Positions 13,278 through 25,000 of a stretch of DNA of 64,000 nt are shown here, piece after piece. How positions within the stretch are numbered: the first letter of the stretch is position 1; each line of letters opens with the position of its first letter. A program made the translations under genes and the position numbers. Below the pieces are notes generated by a model that made no database searches, was not told the origin of the DNA, and worked only from the letters and a program-made list of their open reading frames with translations. The stretch is from Vicugna vicugna (Eukaryota): NCBI GenBank assembly GCA_013265495.1, contig MU058004.1:126001-190000 (forward strand), given 5' to 3'.

Positions 13278-14627
13278 CTCCATCCCTCTCCCCTCTCCCC
13301 GCTCTGGGTCCCTCTGGGTCCCGTCTCCCCTCCGACCTGCTCTGGGTGCTCATTTCCCCTGCACCACTTCTCTTGGGTTGCCTATGAGGACCTCTGCCCA
13401 AAGCAACGTTTAGCCACCAGCCAGAGTGTGGACAGAGATTAATCAAAGCTCACCTTCGGCAGAAATTCACATTAAGTTTTCTATTGTAGATCTTGAGAAC
13501 AGTAAAAATATTCTTTCCTTTTTTTCTTTTTCTTTAAAAATAATTCCATAGTAAAATAAATATGTAAGTGAATTAGGGAACTACTTTTGTGAGTAAATAA
13601 CAGAAATGCAGGAAGAGATGTCATTGTTGAGTCACAGCCTCAGAGTAAAGGTGACTGAACTGTACTTCATTAGTTATATCTGAGTTTTCCAAAGCCATAT
13701 TCAGACTTAGCATTTAAAAATCCCATCTGTGTTCTGCATAGATATATAACATGCACACATATACGTGTATGTATGTTCACGTGTATGCACGCATACGTAC
13801 ATGTGTACGCACCCTCACCTGGATGGCCTGTTTCTGTTTTCTTACTTAGGAATCTGTCCACACTCCGTGAGGGTGTAAACTCAAGGGTGCGGCAGACTGT
13901 AATTCCTATCTTTGGGTATTCTGTATTGCTTAATGTGGTGATGTACAAAATTAAGATAATCTGTAATCAGTTGTTTTGTTGGCAGTCAGGTCTCACTGGT
14001 TGTACGCCATACACTTTAGGAATTTGTTTTCTGTGGGCCCTATGAGAAAAGGACAGCACCAAACTGTCCCAGCCTGAGTAGAGCGAAGGAGAGCCAAGTC
14101 ACTCTCACTTCCCCAGTCTGCCCCAGCCGGCCCTCATACTTGGTGGAGGCACCTGTAGGGGTACTCAAAACGGTGTCTTTGTTGCAGTTTCTCTAACATC
14201 ATGGTTTGCTGAAAATGCTTATCTTCAAGAAAAGGACCAATCAGTTACTCTCATGAGTGGATTTGAAGATACACTGATGCTTGTTTCAACCAAAAGGATG
14301 TTTCTGACCACAGATTGGAAAACACATGAATTTGCCATTGAATTGGGAAAATTTTTGATGCTTTTCAGAATTTTTTTTCCTTTTCAGAGTATCCAAAAGA
14401 CCAATTCAGGGAGATCTAAGACATAGTCTTATGGAGAGGAGGCACAGGCACCTTCTGTTTGTCAGGCTGTTCTCCTTCCCTGGAAGCCTTATTCTGGGTC
14501 TTTCTGAAAGTCAGGCCTCGCCCGTGGGAGTGAGCGTGGTGCAGGTGGGAATGGGAGGCAGATCGGAGCCATGGGAGGGAATTCCATGTTCACACTTGTT
14601 TGTCAGTCTGTTTGTTTTGAATTCCAG

Positions 14628-14744
14628 TCTATCATCCTCCCAGTCCACAATGCTGAACCGTGGTTGGACGAATGCCTCAGGTCTGTTCTGCAGCAGGACT
14701 TCGAAGGCTCCTTGGAGCTCTCCATTTTCAATGATGCCAGTAAG
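14628..14744 (+). CDS. B3GNTL1: B3GNTL1 coding exon 2 ([39 protein letters not shown])
   Basis: ttccag|TCT acceptor and AAG|gtattt donor. Classic GT2 N-terminus (SIILPVHN...L..CL.SVLQQ...NDAS). Confidence 0.97.
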
Positions 14745-14842
14745 GTATTTCTGAACTTCCTGTTCGTGATTTAGCCATAGTGTAAGTCACCTTGGATTGT
14801 TCAGAGGGAAGTTTCCTGACCTGCCAACCCTCATGCTTTCAG

Positions 14843-14942
14843 GACAAGTCCATGACTATCATTGAAAGATGGAAAGAGGAGCTAGAGGGTTCCGGCATCC
14901 TCGTGGTCATTGGAGGGCACGACTCTCCTTTCCCCCGAGGAG
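14843..14942 (+). CDS. B3GNTL1: B3GNTL1 coding exon 3 ([33 protein letters not shown]+1 nt)
   Basis: tttcag|GAC acceptor and GGAG|gttagt donor (phase 1), after a 98-nt intron. Confidence 0.95.
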
Positions 14943-15199
14943 GTTAGTAACCATGTTTAGTCTGTTGTTCGGCTTTAATGTACGGTGTCTTGTCAGTTTA
15001 TGTACTTACAGAGGTGCAAGTTCAAGTCCTGGGGAGAAGTATCCTGAGTGATGCTTCAGTTCACCACCTGTTAAGGACCCAGCAGACCTGTGAGGTCTGT
15101 ATGCCGACCACTTCTCCTTTACTTATTCAGCCCAAGAAAAAGCTGTTGGGTGTTCTTATTCCTGGTGTGATTGGTCATTATTGGTCGCCTCCAATTCTT

Positions 15200-16379
15200 A
15201 AAATTCTTTTCTTATGGCATTAGATTTGTTTTAGTCCATTAAAAAAAATCTTCTGGTTTCTTTGATTTTATATATTATTTTTCTTTTTTCTGTTTTGTCT
15301 GTTTCCTGTTTTCACTATGAACTGTATTTATCTTCTTTCTTTTCCTTACTTCGGGTTTCTTTTGTTCTTTTTGTAGTTCTTAAGGTGGAAGCTCAGGTCG
15401 TTGGTTTGAGATGTTCCTTCTTTTCTACAAGGCATTTAGTGGTATAAATTCCTCTCTGCTTCAGCAACATTCCACAAATTCTGACATGTTTTTGTTTTCA
15501 TTCAGTTTCAAAATACCCTCTAATTTCCCCGTTGTTTTCTTATTTGATTTATGGGTTATTTAGATATATATTATTTAGTTTCCAAATATTTGAAGAATTT
15601 TCCAGGTATCTGTTATTCATTTCTAATTTAATTCCTCTGAAGTAAGAGAACATACTTTTTCATTTGAATCTTTTAAATTTAGTGAGATTTATGTTGTGGC
15701 CCAGCGTACGGCCTGTCCTGGCAGATGCTCCGCGTGCACTTAGGAAGGTTGCAGGACTGCTGGTGTGCGGCGGAGTTTCCCATAAATGTAAATCAAGTCA
15801 AGCTGGGGACGGTCTTGCTGAAATCTGCCATATCCTTGCTGATTTGGGGTCTCCTTGTTCTGCCAGTTCCTGAGGGTGTGTGGAAACCTCCGCCTGTAAC
15901 TGCAGATTTGTCTGTTCTTCCTCGTCATTCTGTCACTTTTGGCTTGGTGTATTTTGAAACTCTGTTCACTTGAGATTGCTAAGAACTGACCCCTCACCAC
16001 TATGAATACCCTCTTAATTTCTGGTATATTCTTTGCTCTGAAATGTACTTTCTTTGATATTAATATAAAATGCTCTGGCTTTATTTTGACTAGTGTTAGC
16101 ATAGTATATCTTCTCTATCATTTTTACTTTTAACCTATTCCTGTCTTTATGTTGAAAGGATACCTTCTCCCTTATAGATTCTTGTAGACAGCATATAGAT
16201 CTTGCTTTTCTAATCCAATCTGACAATCTCTGCCTTTTAACTGAGGTGTTTACATTTAGTTACCTGTGGTGTGGTTATTGATACGGTTAGGAATGAGTCT
16301 GTCTTCTTGCTGTTAGTTTTATATTCATTACGTCTATTCTTCGTTCCATTTTCCTCTTTTTTGCCTTCTTTTGTATTAT
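15200..16379 (-). mobile_element. Old L1 fragment covering the ORF2 endonuclease region
   Basis: Minus-strand ORFs (DWIRK...ICCLQE...KDRNRLKVK..EKIYYAN; KNIPEIKRVFIVVRGQF) resemble the L1 APE-like endonuclease. T-rich + strand; degenerate. Confidence 0.8.
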
Positions 16380-18700
16380 ATTTTATAGCAGCTTTATTGA
16401 AATATATTTGGCATACCATACAGTTCACCTGTCAAAGTATACACTGAAGTGTTTTTAGTGTATTCGCAGATGTGTGCGACCGCCACCGCAGTCAGTTTTA
16501 GAGCACTTCCATCACCTCGGAAAGGAGCCCTGTATCCCTTGGTTGTCACCTTCCGTGCCCTGCTGTTCCCCCCGACCCTGTGCAACCACTGATTTACTTT
16601 ATTTGGGGCATTTCATCTGAATGGAATCATATAATGTGTGCTCTTTTGTGACGGGCTTGTTTCATTTGCTTGATGTTTTTAAGGTTCTCATTGTAGCATG
16701 TATTAATACTCTGAGAGAATAATATTCAGTTGAATAGAGACACCACATTTTGTTTATCCCCTCATCAGTTGAAGGACATTGGGGCCATTCTACCTTTTGG
16801 CTGTTGTGAAGAGCGCTAGTATGAACATTCGTGTTCAAATTTTTGTTTGAACACGGGTTTTCAGTTCCTTTGGGTATATACATTTTAGGCGAATCACTGG
16901 GTCATATTGTAATTCTGTGTTTAGCACATTGAGGAACCGCCAAACAGCTTTCCACACCAGCTGCACCATTTTACGTTGCCACCAGCAGTGTATGAGGATT
17001 CCAGTTTCTCTACGTCTTCACCCACACTTCCTATTTTCTGTCTTTTTGATTGTAGCCATCCTAGTGGGTATGAAGTGGTTTCTCATTGTGGTTTTGATTT
17101 GCATTTCCCTAATGACTAAATGATATTGAGCCTCTTTTTGTGTGCTTTTTGGCCACTTGTTTATCTTCTTTGGAGATATGTCTATTCAAGTCCTCTGCCC
17201 ATTTTTAAATTGAATTATTTGTCTTTTGTTGTTGAACTGTAAGAGTTCTTTATGTATTCTGAATACTAGACCCTTATCAGGTATATAATTTGCAAATACT
17301 TTCTCCCATGCTGTGTGTTGTCTTTTCAGTCTACTGTATGTAACCTCTTGATGCACTAAAATGTTAATTTTGATGAAATCCAATTAATTTTTTCGTTGTC
17401 ACATGTGCTTTTGGTGTCATATCTAAGAAACTGTTGCCAGCTCCAGGTCATAAAGACTTACTTCTCTGTTTTCTTCAAAAAGTTGAGCTCTTCTGTGTAG
17501 GTCTTTTGTCCACTTTCAGTTCATTTTCGTGTATGGTATGAGGTAAGATTTAACTCCATTCTTTTGCATGTGGACATTAAGGTTTGCCAACACCCTTTGT
17601 TGGAAAGACTGTTCTTTCTCCGTTGGAAGTCTTGGTACCCTTGTGCAGAGCAGTTGACCGTAAATGTGTGGGTTCATTTTTGGACTCTATTCTTATGCAG
17701 TACTGCACTATTTTGATTACCATAGCTTTGTGGTAAGTTTTAATATTGGGAAGTGTAAGTTTTCCAATGTTGTTTTCCTTTTTCAAAATTGTTTTGACAA
17801 TTTGAGATTCTTTGGAATTTCATGTGAATTTTAGGTTCAATTTTTCCATTTTTGCAAAAAAGACTGTTGGGATTCTGATGGGGATAGCATTGGATCTGTA
17901 GGTCTATTTGGGGAGTATTCACATTTTAACAATATTCAGTCTTCCAGTCTGTGAATGCAGAATGTCTTTTCATTGATTTAGGTATTTAGGTCTTCTTCAG
18001 TTTCTTTCATCAGTTTCTTTTACAACTGACAATGTACAAGTCTTTTGCCTCTTTGGTTAAGTTAACTCTCAGCATTTTATTCTTTTTGATGCTATTATAC
18101 ATTGAATTATTTTCTTAATTTCCTTCTCAGACTGTTCATTGTTAGTTTAGAGAAAAACAACTGATTTTTCTGCATGTTGATCCTGCAACTTTGCTGAACT
18201 TGTTCATTAGCTCTGATAGTTTTGTGTGTGTGTGTGTGAGTTTCTAGGGTTTTCTGTATTTAAGATCACGTCATCTGCAACTAGGGGTAGTTTTACTTCT
18301 TCATCTCTAATTTAGAGCCCTCATTTATTTTTCTTGCCTGATTGCTCTGGCTAGAACTTCTGGTACAGTGTTAAATAGATGTGGGGAAAGGAGACATCCT
18401 TGTCCTGATCCTGGTCTTAGGGGAAGCTTCTGATATTTCACCGCGGAGCATGATGTTAGCTTGGATTTTTACAAATACCCTTTATCATGCCGAGGAAGTT
18501 CCCTTCTATTCCTAGTTTGTTGACTGCTTTTCTTTGTCATGAAAGGGGATTCTGTCCAGTCTTTTTTCTGCATCAATTGAGATGATCATGTTTTTTTTTT
18601 TTCCTTCAATTCTGTTTAGGTGCTATATTACATGGATTTTGTGTTTGAACCACCCTTCATTACTTCACCACTTGGTTATGGTGAATAATCTTTCCGATAT
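16380..18700 (-). mobile_element. L1M (L1MB-like) 3' UTR and ORF2 C-terminal part
   Basis: 3' end 'cagctttattgaaatatatttggcataccatacagttcacc'. ORF2 remnants KKENNIGKLTLPNIKTYHKAMVIK and MDFIKIN...KRQHTAWEKVFANYIPDKGLVFRIHKEL. Confidence 0.9.
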
Positions 18701-20656
18701 GTATTTTCCCTTAATTATTCCTTGTTTTCATTATCTTTAGTTTGTTTGAAATAGGACATTATTTTATAAATCAGTTATTCTTAGAACATCTACTTCAGCT
18801 TGGTTCTGTTGTGTGTAAACAAATTGTGGTTTTTGAAACTACTGTGAGCACCCTTTCAAAATATTCTTTAAGATGGACAATATCTTCCATAGTTGAATGA
18901 AAGTAAATTGAAGGCATTTTGATGACCGTTGTGACGACTTGTCTAATCTCCACCTTAAAAACAAGTTTTGTCTTTCGTAAAACACTTTTTATAGGTCACG
19001 TATAACTAGAGCCACATCTGTACACGTTCTATTAGTAACAAGAGAGTAAGTCGTAATATTGTGGAGAAATGAAGTCATCTGCCGCTTCTTTGAAGTTGGA
19101 TGAGGCGACTTCACGGGCTCCTGTGTTACACAGAAATGCAGTGGAGTTAATTTGATTATGTCTGCAAGGACGTATTTTCCTGTAACAATGTTTTCTTAAA
19201 TAGGAAGAATTATATCGACTATTGGGTAACATTGATCCAAAGTGTCTATTTTCGGGAGTGCTGGGTGTTTAAATTGGATTAGGATTCACTTGCTATTATT
19301 TCATATCGTAACAGAGCCAAACATTTCTTAATAATGTGGTCGCTTGCTAAAACTGAAATAAAGCACAATCCCCCTCTTCTCTCCAAGAGTGAGGAATGTT
19401 AATATCACACCAAGGCGGGAGTTTTTCCTGCTGTGGCCATGACAACAGACTCCCTCACAAAGACACGGGCCTCCCCAAACATTAGGCCCTGGCACAAACA
19501 TTTGACTTTTCAAGGCAGTAATATTAAAGCAAATTCCTTACAAACACAATCTTTGCCAAATACAAGATTCGTCGTGAGAACCTTCCCGCTTCCTTAGTAG
19601 GTGCCCTTTCCTTCATCACCCAGACTCTTGGGTTCAGTTTCTCCTCTTCTAAAGCCCAGCACTAATAAAGCCACTTTTCAGACAGAACTCCGGTTGCTTT
19701 CAGTGTGAGTGTGGAAAGTCTCTTCCCGTTTTCATGAAACCCCTGAGCTCTTCTGCTGGGCCTGCCCTGCTTTTCGGTGATGATGGAGACTCAGCCTCCC
19801 CCTGGGCTCAGGGGCCAGGCTGTACGTTTCCCTCTCCTGCTGGTTGTACCTGTGGTTCTTTGAAATCTGCAGCCATCCTGCTGACTGATCTGGGTTGAGC
19901 AAGCTCTAGGATTGATGCTGAAGGCTCTGCTCTGGTCACACCCTCTGATGACCTGAGTGTGCACTGAGATTCTTACTTCTGGCTGAAGTGTTATTTGCTC
20001 CAGAGAGTGGCTGAGTGACAGGAGGGACCTGCCTTCTCCCCCTGCTCTGAGGCAGACACTTTGCCAGTGTCCCCTGGGCCCCATGACGACATTCTTCACG
20101 GTATCTCAGCTTTGAGGAAGAGGGAGTTACCGTTTTAACTCTGCACACTCCTGTTCTCCTTTGTGTGACTTGTCTTGGAGGCACCAAATCAGAATGTGTC
20201 TGTTACGCAATTCAGGTGTCAGGACTTCTTTTTGAGGGAAGGTGGGAGTGTGCCCCACGAGTCCCTGCAGACCCCTCTGTTTGGGTCAAGTGCCTCCTCT
20301 GATCTGTCCTGCCCTCAGCACCTGACTGAGCTCACTTAGTGTTAATTTCTGCTCCATTCCTTATTTGGAACCCTTTCCTGGCCGGCCCTTCCTGGAAGCT
20401 GGCCGGTGCTCACTTGCCCTGACCACCTGGTGCCCTCGTGCTGCTCATATCCAGTTCCCCCCAGGACCTGCGCCTGCACCGTGCTCTCTCCATTTAAGCG
20501 CACGTCCCCTCGCTTGCCCCCTGTCGGGGTCTCCTCTCGACAAGCCTCCCGGTGCCTCCCACTGTGCTCTTGGATTTAACCAGAGGTTATCATTTACCTC
20601 TCCAGCTCAGCTGTGTAATCTTGCTGAAGGAAAGAGATTGCCTTTTAAAAACATTT

Positions 20657-20787
20657 GTTTGTTTGTTTGTTTAGGTGGGGAGATAATTAGGTCTACTTAC
20701 TTATTTTCATAGGGAGTACTGGGGATTGAACCCAGCACCTTGTGTATGCTAAGCATGTGCTCTACCACTGTGCTGTACCCGCCTCCC
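20657..20787 (-). mobile_element. tRNA-derived SINE (camelid vic-1-like) with TSD
   Basis: Reverse complement gggaggcgggtacagcacagtggtagagcacatgcttagc...gggttcaatccccag has A/B boxes and an (aaac)n tail. TSD aaaaacattt at 20647-20656 and 20789-20798. Confidence 0.85.
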
Positions 20788-20799
20788 AAAAAACATTTA

Positions 20800-21120
20800 T
20801 TAAAATGTAAATCCGTACAGAAAACTACACCTGTCATCACTGCACAGCTCAGTTAATTTTCACAAACTAAACACACCGTGCAGCCAGCACCTAGATGAAG
20901 AGCCGACGTCACCAGCCCCAGAAGCCCCCTCCCCGAGACAGCCACTCTCCTGATTTCCAGGAGCACAGGGAATCTGCTGCCTTGTGCTCCGAGTGCCATC
21001 CCCACGTCTGCTCCCTGTGCCCGTCGGTCGGAGTGGCGCCCACACTGTGCAGCCAGGACCATCCACGCTCCTCGTGGTGTAACTTCACCCCCGAGGGATC
21101 CCTGGGGCAGCCCTGACTTG
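20800..21120 (-). mobile_element. Old L1 (L1ME-like) 3' end fragment
   Basis: 'aaatccgtacagaaaactacac...ttaattttcacaaactaaacacaccgtgcagccagcacctagatgaaga' is typical of an antisense old L1 3' end. Confidence 0.6.
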
Positions 21121-21403
21121 GTGGAGTGGGGTCTGCACCTTGTCACAGTGTAGCAGGGGTCACAGTACCTGCAGGTGCAGTGGACGCCGCCAGGGCTTTA
21201 TTTCCTGCAGGGAGCACACCTGCCCTAGTGCATGTCTTATCAGTGCACTTGCTGCGCCTGTTTCTTCTAAGGCACCTGGTTTTTCACTTGGTGGCACAGA
21301 GTTTTCCCAGCTTTCTTACCGTGTGCATCCCACTAAATTTTATGAAAGGGAATCCACTGAAAATTGAATTCTAAAAGAGCTTCTCCTTTTCTTTTTTATA
21401 TAG

Positions 21404-21468
21404 TTGGATATTCTAAAAATCAAGCAATAGCACAGAGCTCGGGGTCTTACCTCTGCTTCTTGGATTCG
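21404..21468 (+). CDS. B3GNTL1: B3GNTL1 coding exon 4 ([22 protein letters not shown])
   Basis: Polypyrimidine tract plus tag|TT acceptor completes the G|TT Val codon; TCG|gtaagt donor. GT2 motif G...KN.AI..S.G.YLCFLD. Confidence 0.96.
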
Positions 21469-21915
21469 GTAAGTAACTCTTTGCTATACTTAAAATGTAC
21501 GAATGTATCCTGCTTGAATGATTAAGAGATACTACATTTTAGTGTGGTTCTTGAAAATCATTGTTATGTGCTTTGCTCAGACTCGACAGTTAAGGTCCGT
21601 AGGTTGTTGCTGTTTAATTGCTGTAGCACCTGATGAGGGAACTGATTTTGGATAAATAGAGTTACTTAAAAACACAAAATTGCAGAGCAGAGAAACATAA
21701 AAAGAAAACGAAGATGAAGATAAACTAGGAAGCTGTTGAGAAGTGCAGTACTTAAATAGAAATAATTCATGCAAGTTGGTAACACAAGAAAACAGGAAAC
21801 AAAAGAAAACGAGTGGTAGATAAATAGGAAAGGACAGGAATGGAGGCTCACAAAAGTAGGCATGTGAACAACAAACTAAGAAACGTTTGTAATCAAGCAC
21901 AAGTTAAATTAGTGA

Positions 21916-22014
21916 ACATATGAGAAAGAATATATGTGCATATATGCATGACGGACACTGTGCTGTACACCAGAAATTGACACATTGTAATTGACTGTGC
22001 TTCAATTAAAAAAA
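21916..22014 (+). mobile_element. Severely 5'-truncated L1 3' end (about 100 bp) with TSD
   Basis: 'tatatgcatgac...tgctgtacaccagaaattgacacattgtaattgactgtgcttcaattaaaaaaa' matches the L1 end at 40050-40135. It is flanked by ttaaattagtga at 21904-21915 and 22015-22026. Confidence 0.8.
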
Positions 22015-22559
22015 TTAAATTAGTGAGATACCACTTTTAAAAACCAAATTAACAAAGTTCTCTAAAAATGTAGATACTCAGTGTTTGGAAACTCAGTGTG
22101 AACTGGCAGCGTTGACAGCATGATTTAGCATTTTGTATTAAAACTTTTGAAATGCTTATGCCCTTGACCCCTGGATTTCACTTCTAGGAACCCATGAAAT
22201 TCTGAAATTTACGCGTTTATTTATTATGATGGAAAGTTAGTTAATGGAAACAAGTTGATAATCGATGGTAGAGTAATGGCAGTCAGTCTGTGTCAGCCGA
22301 TTACTATGTTTATGGATAATTTTAATGACACGTGAATGACTATGATGGGTGAAAGAAGGGCACGTGTTGGTGTGTGCATGCGTCCTTACCTGTAGACTTT
22401 ATCTTTAGTGGCTGCAAGTCACTCTGAGGACATTTATCTGTCTTCAGTCTTCCCTTGGGCTCCCGGGTCCTGGGGTGGGGGGCTCCTCCAGGTCTGGGAG
22501 TGTGGGGCTCCCAAGGGTGTGGGCTCCTGGATCTGGGGGTGTGGGCTCCCAGGTTACGT

Positions 22560-23300
22560 GTTCTTTGTCTGTGGTTTGCCTTTTCACGCTTCAATGGTGT
22601 CTTCTGATGAGCAGTTTTAAATTTTTATGAAGTCCAGTTTATTGATTGATCTCTTTTATAGTTAATTTTTTCCCTAAGAAGTCTTCGCTTTTTCCAAGGA
22701 AGTTATTCTCTTGGTTTTTTACTTTTTTATTTGAACACCTTATCTCCTGTGCTAGAAAGCAGGTTAGTTTTTTCATACGGGTTTTGGGCTGCAGTGTTGA
22801 AGAGACTCTTTCTCAGTTGAATTGTCCCAGCGTCTTTGATGAGAATCAGTGGGCCATGCCAGCATAGGTGTATTTCAGGACGTTCCATTCAGTTCTGTTC
22901 ATCTGTGGTCTGCAGTTCATTCCTTTGTCTGCGGTACAGCATCCCACTGGGCGGACATACTGCACTTCCCAACCCGGGCGCAGGGCTGGTCCGAGTTCTT
23001 CCCCTGTGAATGGCGTGGCGGTGGGCTGTCTCGCACCCGCCTCTTGTGCACATAGGAGAGCTCTTCTGCGTTCACCCCAGAAGTGGGATTCCCAGCCCGC
23101 AGGGACATGCGGGCTCACCCGAGGGAGAGAGCGGTGCTGCTGTCACGTGGCTGAAGACGTCCGTGGCCCCGGCACACACTGGCCCTGGCTCTTCGGCCCC
23201 GGAGCCCTTTGCTGGGGCATCCAGGTTGCACTTTGACTTGTTAGCCACCTGGGATGCAGTCTGGGACCATGTTTAGATTCAGAACATATTTTGTCAAGAG
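22560..23300 (-). mobile_element. Degenerate L1 ORF2/3' fragment
   Basis: 'ttgccttttcacgcttcaatggtgtcttctgatgagcagttttaaatttttatgaagtccagtttatt' parallels the L1 copies at 17300-17400 and 30550-30650. Confidence 0.6.
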
Positions 23301-24429
23301 TGTTAACATCGGTGGAGACCAGCTCCCGTGTGCTTCTGGGACTGGAGTTTATCTGTTCAGCAGGTTGGTGCCTGAAAGTGCCGGGCATGGCAGCCAGTGC
23401 GAGGGATCCGGCAGTGAACTGGCTGCGACAAGGACAGTGGGAGCCAGAGTTCAGGCCCTGTACTTCCCCCACCCCCTGTCCCTGCCTTGTCTCTCTCCTA
23501 ACCCTGCCTGGCCCACGGTCCCCCCCCCCACCGCCCGCTCCTCAGCGATGCTCCCAGCCCTCCACGCGGTGGTGGGAATGGCCTGTGCCTGGGCTGCCCC
23601 CCAGCACTTGAGTCTGCGCACATCGATCGCCACCTTCAGCACCGCGTCCTTTGTTGCCAGCATCGGCTGCCTCCCTGACAGAAGGCCGTCTTCGGGCGGG
23701 AGGGACTGGACTGATGTTTCAGAAGCACCTGGAACATGACTGGCAGGTAGCAGGTGTTAATGGACACTTGTTAAATGGATGGGTGGCATTTGGGTTTGTG
23801 TGTTCGGCTTAAATGGGCAAATTAGACTGAGGTGGACACCTCTACACACGTGTCCTGGAGCCCAGCCACCCTGTTGGATGTTGTCTCCACGGAGAGTGCA
23901 GTGCTGAGCTTCTCCGTCTGCTCACCGATGGACTTTCAGAATCTCTGCTGTAGCGCAGGCTTTCAGACTGTGCTGTCTGGGTGCCTGTCCTGCCGGCTGC
24001 TGCCTGGGGGCCAGCAGGCCTTTCCAGGGACATCGGAAAGGCCTCCCCAAGGACCTTGCTGTCCCTCTCAGTCCCAGACATGTCTGAGGATGTCTGTCCT
24101 GGAGGAAAGCGGGTCACGCAAAGATCAGCAGTGTTTCAGGTGTGCAGGAGGCCGCCGCCCATCCCCTCACTGGGAAGTTGCAGTCTTGGGGACAGTCACT
24201 CTGGGCCTGCAGGAGAAGCACAAAGTGCAAGGACACGGATTCCCCCCAGAAGGAGTACCATGCTGAGTGGGCCTGGCGCCTCCCGCCGGGGTCAGCGGGG
24301 CTCTGGCCTTTGGCCTTGGGACAGAGGACCTGCACTGTGTGACCTGGGCACTGTCATCAGGAAATTCTGCTGGAAGGGGTGTCTGTGGCCTTTCCTGGGA
24401 AAGGTTTTGCAGAGCTTAGGGGGGATGCT

Positions 24430-25000
24430 GGTTGCATTTGCTTAGGTGGTCCTTGATTTCTTTCACCAGCATTTTGTGGTTTTCAGGATACAGATCATGT
24501 GCTTATTTTGTTAAGTTTGCACTGATGTATTTCATTTTCTTTGGAGTATTTGCACATGGACGTCATATCTCTAATTCCTGTGCCCACATGTTTGTTGTTA
24601 GTGTGTAGAAATGTGATTATTTTATGTGTCAATCTTGCAGAACTTACTTGTTCTAGGATTGGGGGGCAGACTCCTGAGGATTTTCTAGGTGGACAGTCAT
24701 GACACCTGCAGATGGGGACACTTTCATCGCTTCCTCTCTGAGCGGGAGGCTCTTTATCTGCTTTCCGTGCCTGATTGCTCTGGCGGGAACTTCTGAGCTT
24801 GTGGAGCAGGGGTCCTCACCTTCTGATCTGGAGGAGGTGCCAGCCTCTCGCTCCATGTGCCAGCTGCATGCCAGGCCGAGGCGCGGCCCTCTGTCCCTGG
24901 CTTGCTGAGAGTTTCTGTCGTGAACAGGTGTTGGGCTCTGTCACATGTGTTTTCGGTCCGTTGGAATTTGTTGGTTTTTAAGATGTGTTTGTTACTGAAG
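24430..25000 (-). mobile_element. Degenerate L1 ORF2 fragment
   Basis: Parallels 18000-18500 (ttctttcaccagcattttgtggttttcag...catgacacctgcagatggggacactttc...ctgattgctctggc). Confidence 0.65.

Noticed and set aside
15200..18700. Active or full-length L1
   Set aside because: Many stops and frameshifts, and the segments are in non-colinear order (EN region followed by a new 3' end), so these are separate decayed fragments.
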